From the NCBI RefSeq assembly GCF_009914755.1, contig NC_060934.1: a DNA stretch of 64,000 bases; one strand, given 5' to 3'. Both the position numbers and the translations under genes were made by a program. Shown piece after piece: positions 53,109 through 64,000 of this stretch (position 1 is the stretch's first letter; every line of letters begins with the position of its first letter). The notes under the pieces were generated by a model. That model ran no database searches. It saw only the letters and a program-made list of their open reading frames with translations, and was not told the origin of the DNA. Source of the DNA: the human T2T-CHM13v2.0 reference genome, Homo sapiens.

Positions 53109-53751
53109 TAGATGTTCCTTGACTTACAAAGGGGTTACATCTTGATAAGCCCATCATAAGTTGAAAATATTGTAAGTTGCCCATGCAACTTACAATCCTC
53201 AACCTGCTGAACATCTTACATAGCTTAGCCTAGCCTAACTTAAACATGCTCAGAACAGTTACATTAGCTCTCAGTTGGGCAAAATCATTGTGCAACACAG
53301 TACACTGTACAGTGGGAGTTGTTGACTCTGGTGATCACGTGAGTGATGGAGCTACAGTGCACTGTCACTGCTGAGCATCGCGAGAAAATATCATGCTGCT
53401 TGTTCTCACTTATAGGTGGGAATTGAACAATGAGAACACATGGACTTAGGAAGGGGAACATCACACACCGGGGCCTGTTGTGGGGTGTGGGGAGGGGGGA
53501 GGGATAGCATTAGGAGATATACCTAATGCCAAATGACGAGTTAATGGGTGCAGCACACCAACATGGCACATGTATACATATGTAACAAACCTGCAGGTTG
53601 TGCACATGTACCCTAAAACTTCAAGTATAATAATAAAATTTTTTTTAAAAAAAGAAAGTATCGTGCTGCCGTCTCCTGAATGTATATTAGTTTTGCACCA
53701 TTGCAAAGTGGAGATATCTAAGTCAAACCACCATAAGACAGGGACTGTCTG
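53109..53751. mobile_element. MER47B-like TcMar-Tigger element split by an L1PA
   Basis: TIRs tagatgttccttgacttac / taagacagggactgtctg flanked by TA; internal catagcttagcctagcct...cagttgggcaaaatcat. Confidence 0.8.
53401..53652 (+). mobile_element. L1PA3/4-like 5'-truncated 3' UTR
   Basis: Near-consensus tgttctcact...ggggaacatcacacaccggggcc...gcacatgtaccctaaaactt; 17-bp TSD agaaa[a/g]tatc[a/g]tgctgc. Confidence 0.9.
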
Positions 53752-54197
53752 TACAAGTAAGTATTTGTTTCCATGTTTGTTTCTACCATGAAAGACTGCG
53801 CCCTCCACAGGACTGGAAATGTGCTTACCTACCTCTGTGTCCCCAGATCTGGGGTTCAACCAAGGGAGGGCTTCAGACCCCTTGACTCCTAGTTCAGTGT
53901 TCTTTCTCAACTTCACATCGTCCCATTCCATTTCAACATTTCCTCCATCTTTCTCCCCTCTCTCAAGACCTACCATGTCTGGGACTTTCCCCTGGCCTCC
54001 CTTTTACCTACCATCCTCCTTTCATCCCATTCCTCCTCACTCCTCCTTCCTTCCTTCCCCATTCCTCCCCACTCCTCCTCAAAGAGGATCCCATAGGGAA
54101 GCTCAGGTGATGCCCAGATTGGCCAGGCTGATGCCTTTGGCTTGGGCCCATTATCCTCACAGCTCCCTGGGCCCAGTGGCCTATTGGCTCCCACCTA

Positions 54198-54520
54198 GAG
54201 GAGAGGCCTCAAACTGATGGCCCGCAGCCTAGACCTGCATGTGAAAATTTTAAGGCATTGCACAGTTCTATTTGGCCTGTGCAATGCTTTTAAAAACCAG
54301 TGCATTTTATATAGAAATAGAGATTTCCATTTCCTCCTGAAAATTTAAAATATCAAGCCTTTCTGGAGGCACTTTCTCACAGGGGATCAACTGGAAATAG
54401 TGGCAGTTGCTCTTTTAGGCAGGGTCTGTGCCCTCTATTTTGCCACAGGCCCCTCTACTCCCTATTGTGTGTCTTATCCTCCCTGCCTTGCTAATAGCAA
54501 AACTCTGCTTGACCCCTCTA
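54198..54520 (+). mobile_element. MER102-like hAT-Charlie
   Basis: caaactgatggcccgcag...tttggcctgtgcaatg...ttgccacaggcccctctactccctattg. Confidence 0.65.
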
Positions 54521-54638
54521 GGCATCTGGGTTTGTGGCCTAGAGAATGCCTTGCGAGACTTTGTTTACTCCTAAATCAACTCGATCCTCCAGCCCATAGT
54601 ATTCCCTCTCATTTACCCCCAGACAAGTATTCCCTCTC

Positions 54639-54642
<4 letters not shown>

Positions 54643-54683
<41 letters not shown>
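54643..54683. repeat. (CA)~20 microsatellite
   Basis: Read directly. Confidence 0.95.
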
Positions 54684-54685
<2 letters not shown>

Positions 54686-55049
54686 CTACGAACCATGGTG
54701 CAGTGGAGCCCATCAGCCCAACTGCTGATGCTGTAGACAAGTGTCTCATTAGGAGTGTGAGGAAGGGAAGACCCTCCAGGGGAGGGGAAGGAAAATAGCA
54801 TAAACACAGGTGGGGAGGCAGGAACACATGTGCAGGGCGGGAACACACCAGCGCAGAGGAAGCCAAGGTGCAGTGGGAGATGAGGCAGGCAGGTGAATTC
54901 CATGTTCCAGCTGAACTAGCGGCGGGCCAGCCCACAGGGGCTCATTCCTTCCACTCCTCAGTGAAGACAAAGACTGGGTCTCTTCAGTCTTGTGCTACCA
55001 GGAGCACAGTCTTAGTGACAGCTCCCTGTGCATTTTACCATCATGTAAA

Positions 55050-55270
55050 ATGCTAGCCATAGCCATTGTTATGATTGTTGTCTGCGTTAAGGGCTTTCTG
55101 ACTACCAGGGGCTGCAGGGAACTTGGTTTGCAAACATTATTGCATTTAACCCTCACTGCTCCATGGATAAGCATCACTACAACAAGAAAGGTCAGGGTCA
55201 GAAGGGTGAAGCAGCCTGCCCAAGGTTCCTCAGACAGTAAATGGCACAGTTGAGACTGCCTGGGTGCAGC
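55050..55270 (-). mobile_element. MIR SINE
   Basis: catttaaccctcac...ggtgaagcagcctgcccaaggt...agtaaatggca. Confidence 0.65.
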
Positions 55271-55479
55271 GTCTGCGTCACCCCGCAAGGGTGGGCTTGC
55301 CAACAGTGTGTTCAGTTGAAGGGGTCTTGGTCTCAGCAGGAAACCAAGCCCTCTGACCATCTCCTTCCCTCAAGAATCTCCCCCAGATGGATCCACTGGA
55401 AAACAAACCCATCCCTGGCCACTCCAGCCTCTGAATGCAGGGGATGGGGAGAAGTGAGTGGGAAAGTTTGAATAAAATC

Positions 55480-55720
55480 CTCAGTCCGTGGGGCGGTAGG
55501 GAGTGTGGACTCTAGATCCAAGCGCTGCCACTTTCCTGGAGAGAAGCCTGGGAAAGATCCCCAACTACTATGCCCCTCTGTGTTCTACCCTGTGAGGCAG
55601 GGATCATAAGAAAAGCAACAATCATAACTGCACTTTCCTCTTGAGGTTAGGACAGAGGAGGAAAGTACTTTGAACAGTGCTGCACACAGTAAGAGCTTTG
55701 CTCATGGAGTGGCTTTACTT
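55480..55720 (+). mobile_element. MIR SINE
   Basis: gagtgtggactctaga...ctgccactttcct...aaagtactttgaacagtgctgcacacagtaag. Confidence 0.55.
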
Positions 55721-56544
55721 TGCTCCCTCCCATTCACCCACAACTTGGCTTTTCAAGTCCTTTGAAACACAGTGGGGAGCAGGATGCTGCCTTCCCTGTC
55801 CTCTTCCCTGCTGGGGAGGGTTCAGCTCTCTGGTGCCTCTCTGCTCTGCTCCAAGAAGCCCAGCTGGCTGCACCAGTGGCCTCACAGCTGTGCCCTATCT
55901 TGTGACAAGGCCCGGCTCATGGAGTGGGGCCAGCTTGGCCCTGTAGCCAGGGAGAAACTGGTTGGCTCCCAAGGAGTGCTCTGCTCTGAATGGGACCTGG
56001 CCAAGTGGGATAGTGCCCTCAGAATGCCCTCAGTCACCTAGCTGGCCTCTCAGGCAGGTGACATGCATGCTGACCCCCAACCCCAGGCCCCTCCCACCCC
56101 ACAGTACCCACCAAAGCCCGCGGAGGCTTTTAGTTAGCAAAGACAGGGTGGAAAAGGGGTAGTGGGGGCCAGGAGCTCTTGGGCTCAAACCAAAGAGAAG
56201 GCCAGGGTTATAAGGGCTTTAAGTGACAGGCAGTCCAAGAACTTCCCTGCACCCTTGGGGAAACTGAGACCCTGAGAAGGGAAGGATCCAAGTTTGCATA
56301 GCAGGTGAGCAGCAGCAAGGGTGATTGTTCTTAGGAGGAAAGAAAATGGCTTTCATAGATCTTTGGGAAAGAGGACCAAGAAGTGTCCTCAGTGAGCCTC
56401 TAATCCCAGGTTTGCAAACTCAGGCATTGACAAGGACCAGGCAGGTAACTTTAGCAGGTGAAAAGCCAGGTAGGGACTTTGGTGGTCCAGGAGCACTTGG
56501 CCCATCTAAAGGAGATGCCCCTCCCCAGGACCTGCCACTTCTTT

Positions 56545-58355
<1,811 letters not shown>

Positions 58356-58559
58356 AAGTTTCCAGATTCAGCCACTTTTTGCCACATGAGAATATGAGAC
58401 TATTTTTTTCTGAGTCTTCTGATTTTTAAAGAGAAGCCAACATTTTGGATTTTTTTAAACATAAAATGTCCTGGTTTGAAAGCACTATTCGGGCCAAACA
58501 AAACAACCTTAGCAGGCCAAATCTCAGGGCCACTAGTTTGCAACCCCAGCTCTAATCCA

Positions 58560-58690
58560 AAGCCCCAGAATTTACAAATGGCAAACTAAGATCTAAAGAG
58601 GACAGGTTCATTTCCCGAGGAAGGTCACAGAGCAAATAAGTTGGGGAACTGGGCTAGGACCTAGAAGTCTGGTTACGAGACAAGTGCTCC
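58560..58690 (-). mobile_element. MIR SINE
   Basis: tttacaaatggcaaactaag...aaggtcacagagcaaataag. Confidence 0.6.
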
Positions 58691-61489
58691 CCAGCTTCCC
58701 CTCCTCCAAGCAATGTTGAGCAGCATACACTAAACCCAGAGTGGAGACCCATCACGTGTGCCTAGTGAGGTTTAGAGCCCGAGCCCCTATCCATCCCTTC
58801 CAGCCCAGGGATGCTGGGCTCCCGAGATGCTGGTGGCCCCCTTGGTCTCAAGGCTGAGGCCCAAGTCTTAGCCTTGCCAATGATCTCTAAATACACAGAC
58901 TCCATCCTGTGTCTCACCAGCTCGTGGCCCAGAAACACGGGGTGTCCTCTCTGGTGATCTCCTGCCATCTAGGGAAGGAACTCTGAGTGGAAGAGTAAGT
59001 GGCCCTCTCCCTCCCGCTACCTCTTCTTGGGGCTTCCACAACCTCATTTTAGGAAGGAAGCAGAAAAATCAGTAGTGGCCCGGAAGTCTGCAGCCCCCAC
59101 AAAGTAATTTGGAGCAGGCAGAATCAGTGAAAAGAATTTATCAGATTGAGAACTAGGCGCGCCATGTGGCCAGAGCACCGGGGCTCAGGGACCACAGGCT
59201 GCAGCCCTGCTCTGCTCCTGCAATTAAGATGATAGCATCAAGACCACAGTAATCCTCCAGATCGTAAACTGTGTCACAAGGAGCCTCCTCAGCAGGGTGG
59301 ATCCAGCAGGTAGCTGGTCATAATTTTTTTGAGGCTGCCTTTTTGACTTTTTTTTTTTTTTGACAGCAATGCCAGCTCTAATTTTACTGCAAGGTGGCAG
59401 AATTTCATTTCATACTCTCTGTAAAGATTGATTCACTGGAGTGTAAAAAAAGGAAAAAAGAAACATACACACACCCACCACCTTGAGGTGTCTCACATTT
59501 TCCATTCCTGATCGGCTCTGAGAAATTGAATATTACAACATGGTGATGTTCGCAAATTTTTCTTTAAATCGTTTTTTTTTTAAGTCACTGGCATTAGGAC
59601 TCATAGAATCCTAAAAAGGAATGGTGAAAGGAGCCCTGGAAGCTTGTTGCACCTAATCCCCCACAACCCCATGACTTGAGAGTTGAGGACTCTAAACAAC
59701 AGAGAACAAGGGACTTTCCTAATGTCCTACCGTGCGCAGCTGAGTGGGCTGAGAATGTAATTTTAATGGGCACACAGCATGTAAAATCTGCACGTCCCTT
59801 TAGATGTCATTGACTCCAGGGCATTTCATTTTATAACATGGGGCTGAGGCCCAAAGATGGGGCAGGACAAACCCAGGTCCAAGGGGAGCAAGGTGGCAGC
59901 CCTCACTGTGACACAGGTCAGCAGATGTTGAGTCCACAGATTGCCTTGCTTGATTAGGGGGAGCCCACAGCCTTGCGAGAGTAGGGTGGGGAGAATGGGA
60001 AGAAGGGGAGGGCACTTTGGGGTGAGCAGGAAGGTCAGGCTGGGAAGCAGACAGACCAGAATATCCCAGGGACCCTTCCTCTGCCCCCTTCCTTTGCCCT
60101 TTTCCCCAGACATACCCGCTAGGAACAGGCCAGGATGTCTGTTCCACATTAGTGTGCACCCAGTCTCCACAGAGGAGGTGGCACATGTGAGCAGCTCTAG
60201 GGAACACTGCATGTGGACACACGGAAGGTAGCAGGTGGCCCTGGGAGAGAAGAGATAGCCAAGAGGACCTGAGATTCCTGAAAGGTGTTGCCAAAGCTCT
60301 GCCACAATTTATTCTGGAAATGGCAGAAAGACGTGGACTCTATGACCACATAGTTGGGTACAACTTATTATCCAAGAACCTATGACATTCCCAAGTTCTG
60401 CAGAATGTGGGTTCATGGTGACCCAGAAGAAAGTATCTCTGGAGGTCCCCAGGGTGCTGCTCTCTACCCTTTGCTATTGATAACTTTGATTACGTTCATA
60501 AATGGGCTTACAGGTCAACGTGAATCCATTCAGACGGACAGGAAAGCAAGTGGGAGGGATGACAGCTTCAGGATTCCAAACAGGGTGTCTACACACATTC
60601 ATTAGGTGCCTACTATATGCAAGATCTTTCTGTCCTTCGGGACCATGAAGACCCTTTTCCCTGCAGAGAATGAGGAGAACATGCAGTGAGGGCACTGGGA
60701 CAAGGCAGCCCCAGGTGCTGCAGCTGGAGCCCAAGGCATGATAGGGCCAGGGCAGCCTGATGGGAGCCCAAGAGCACCATGCATCTGCCCGGGCCCCTCA
60801 TGGGAGGGCCCAGTGCAGAGGGAAATGTACTGAGTGTGGGACTGACAGACTGCTGGCACTAAGCCAGTGACAGCATCCCTGTCCTGTGAGTACCCTTCTC
60901 TCTCAACACAAGAGTGGAGCCAGAGCCAGGCAGCCACAGCCTCGGGAGTGAGAAGGAGCAGGTGGGCAGGCTGCCACCACCACCAGCTGCTGCCCCTCAC
61001 TTTGAAGACAGAGCTAGAAAGCATGCAGGCCCTGTGACCCAATGAGACAAGGGCACCCAGGTGGTACCCCATGGTGGCCAATCCTGGGAAGGGCGAGGGG
61101 CTCCCAGCTACACCCCCCAAAACTCCTCTTTAACCCTGTCAGTGCCCACCCTCTAGCATACCAGTCCATCCCAACACCACCCCTCACCCCAGCCTTCATC
61201 TCAGTCGGCTTCCTCCATGAAACCTGCATGAACTCTAGCACTCTCCCTTCCCTGGCTGTGGGTAGCCCTGATTCATTTGGCACTGGTCTTTCCTGTGCTT
61301 AGTGGCCACGCCCAGAGGTCCTGTACAAGTTTAGAGGGCCCTGCCCCATCTCTGGGCAGTATCCATCAGTCCCTTCCTTTAGCCCCTGAGTCAGCTCTTC
61401 TCCATCCACAGCCACCATGTGGGGCAGCCTGGGCTCTCTGTGCCCATATGGGGTGCCCTGTGATGTGTTTATTCCATAATAAACTGTAT

Positions 61490-62190
61490 ACCATGCCCTG
61501 AGTTAGGTGCCAGGGATGCCCCAGGGAACAGGACTCCAGCCCCAACCTTAGAAACTGTCTGATAAGGACAGAACCCAGTAAATGAACAGTGACAATCCAG
61601 GGACCATTCCCTGGGAAGGCAAATTCTGGGGCCTGTGTAACTGCCACGTGGCAAAGGCACCTAACTTGCAGGAAGGGCATCTGAGAAGGCTTCCTGGAGG
61701 AAGTGACACATACACCAAGAATTAAAGGATTAGCAAGAACTTGCCAGGTAAAGAGGGAGAGAGTGTGTTTTGCAAATATACACCTATTTTTTGAATTCCT
61801 ATTTTGTACCAGGTATTGGGGATCAGCAGCAAACAAGACAAACCCCACTGCGACGGACTTCAAAGTTGGGTATAGACGCTGATGTGACATGAATAATTAC
61901 AACAACATGAAATTACGACTGCGTAAGGAGGAAAGGTCCAGGATATTGAGAACATAAAAAAGGAGACATGGACTGGAATGCAGATACACAGGAGTCTCGG
62001 GGAAGGTGAATTGAGGCTGAAGTTTGAGGGAAGAGAAGAGGTCTACCAGGCAAAGGTGCATACAAATGGAAAGAAGAGAATTTGGGGCAGAAGAGTCTGT
62101 GTCAATGCCCTGGGGCAGCAAGGAATTTAGTACTTTAATAGACCTGAGAAGAATGAATAAGACAGACTGTTTGGGGCACAGAGGCAATGT
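61490..62190 (-). mobile_element. L2 fragments
   Basis: gaaggcttcctggaggaagtgaca; ttcctattttgtaccaggtattgggga. Confidence 0.6.
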
Positions 62191-62429
62191 TTTAGTTACC
62201 CTTCATCACTATGGTGAACATTGTGCAAGGATGTTGAAGGTGGAGCATCCTTTAATAGAGTTTCCAGCAGAGGACTCACCAAGAACCCATGACAGCACCA
62301 CAAGAGAAAGCCCAGTTACCCACCAACCTGAGAGAAGGGACAATGCCAGGTCCCACCTCCCTGCTGCAGGAGGCTGTACATGTTGCCCTGGATCCCCTCT
62401 CCCGCTAGGCCTCCAGGTTATCACATTTC

Positions 62430-62590
62430 TTCCCTATCTGTCATCACAGGTAATGGCAGAACATTCTCCCCATTTTATGGATATGGAAATTGAGGCTCAG
62501 AGAGGTGCAGCCAGGCACCCAAGGTCATGCTTCCAGGAAGCAGGTATCCAGGTTCAAATCCAGACCACATGACCCCAAGGGAGCCTCTTT
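62430..62590 (-). mobile_element. MIR SINE
   Basis: ccccattttatggatatggaaattgaggctcagagagg. Confidence 0.75.
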
Positions 62591-63384
62591 GCTCTCCTCC
62601 CCCACGAACTCAACATGTACCCAGCACCACTTCCTCGCTTGTTGTAGGTGTGGGATTGGATGGCTCAGACCCAAGGCCCAGGCCCACAGCCTCTGGATCC
62701 CTGTCCAGTCCTGGGAGGTGTCCTGGCCCCTTGCCTCTCCAGCTGCACCCGGGAGCCTGCTCACTGTGCCTTGGATTTTAATGTTAATTGCCCATAAAGT
62801 TTTTCATCTCAGCAAATCACAGCTGTGACCTGCAGGGAAGGGGGCTGAGAAGAAAGGTTGTTAAAATGTGGAATTTGAAAATGGCCATCTCCTTTAAAAA
62901 CAAAAGCATGTTTTTGCTACAGGCATCTCAAGGGCCTCTCATCTCCTCGGTCACCCGCCAGAGTGCATGTTGCTTGTCAAGCGATTCCATCTTAATCGAC
63001 AATTCAATTGGTCCAAATTACATTATGTATGTAAATTTCCATCTGCAAATCAGCCTGGCTTGGACATCACTCTCTCATCTGTGCGCCACTGCCCTGGTCT
63101 CCAGCTCCAAGGCCCACCCTCTGCAGGCCAAGGGAGAGGACCTGCAGGGACCAGGAGGTAGAGCCAAGGGCTGGACATCATGTGTCACAGAGTCACACTG
63201 TACCCAAGCAGCAGGGTGCTGGGGGATAAACCAGGCTCTGGGTCCAAGGTGGGTTTCAACCATCAATTTTCAAAGAGAACAAACTGGGGAAGCCCCTGCG
63301 GTGGAGCCTGTCCTCTGATTTGAAGCACAGACAGAATCTGGTAACACTTAATGATGATGCTATCTACTAGGGAGGTGGTTGTGT

Positions 63385-63630
63385 ATAGCAGATTAGAAAG
63401 AGCATGGACACTGGAGCCAGACTCCCTAGGTTCAAATCCCAGCTCTGCCACATATCTGCTCTGTGGCTTTGGGCAGATTGCTTAACCTCTCTCAGCCTCA
63501 CTTCTCTTTTCTGTAAAATGGAGACAAGATGGCATCCTCCACATGGAGTAGTCATAAGGATTGGATGATTTGAGCTAGAACAGTGCCCAGCACCATGTAA
63601 GCATTCACTGTCACCATCATCATCATTACT
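63385..63630 (+). mobile_element. MIR SINE, near full length
   Basis: agagcatggacactggagccagact...ggttcaaatcccagctctgccac...ctgtaaaatggaga...aacagtgcccagcac. Confidence 0.85.
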
Positions 63631-63745
63631 ACTGCCACCATTTTGCCACACAGCATGCAAGAGCCCTTCCACTTGTTAAGTGCCATAGTGAACCTGCTCA
63701 ATTTGATAGGGTGCAAGCTGGCAATGACCTGCTTTCTTCTCCCCA

Positions 63746-63915
63746 CCAGGGTGGGGAGCAGGGTGAGGCAAGGGAAGCACTCATCTTGGGCACATAATTT
63801 AAGAAAGCATCAAAAAACCTCAGTAATAAAAATAAATAATATTTTAATGCAATATTTTTCAAAAGCAACATTTATGCAAAAAACTCGTGATGCACAAAAA
63901 ATCAAAATGAAAACC
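63746..63915 (+). mobile_element. MER96B-like hAT-Tip100 fragment
   Basis: agggtgaggcaag...aaaaacctcagtaataaaaataaataatattttaatgcaatattttt. Confidence 0.65.
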
Positions 63916-64000
63916 CACTTGGCATATATGGTTCTTTTCCTGAGCTGAACAAACTCTTGACAGGTTCCATCCCTTTTTCCTATCACTCTTCTGTGATAAA

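Noticed and set aside
53461-53976. 171-aa ORF
   Set aside because: C-terminal part is antisense L1PA 3' UTR and MER47; not a gene.

Overview
Primate nuclear DNA, most likely human or another ape: it carries AluJ, AluS and FLAM elements and an L1PA3/4-type 3' end. I find no protein-coding gene, RNA gene or CRISPR array. The ORF track looks like chance ORFs or repeat translations, and I cannot name the locus. Much of the window is old interspersed repeats: MIR, L2, L3/CR1, L1M, MaLR/ERVL LTRs and hAT/TcMar DNA transposons. Most notable: (1) a ~205-bp inverted duplication (arms 10685-10888 and 11226-11442, ~93-94% identical) that crosses an MLT1/MLT2 junction, so it formed in place; (2) a decayed two-LTR ERVL (LTR16-type) provirus on the minus strand, ~21557-27731, with recognisable integrase, dUTPase, RT remnants and polypurine tract; (3) several multi-level nested insertions with intact target-site duplications (TSDs); (4) apparently repeat-free, homeodomain/POU/SOX-motif-rich islands that resemble developmental enhancers. 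Repeat family names are from recalled consensus sequences and boundaries are approximate. I see no evidence of a new gene system.
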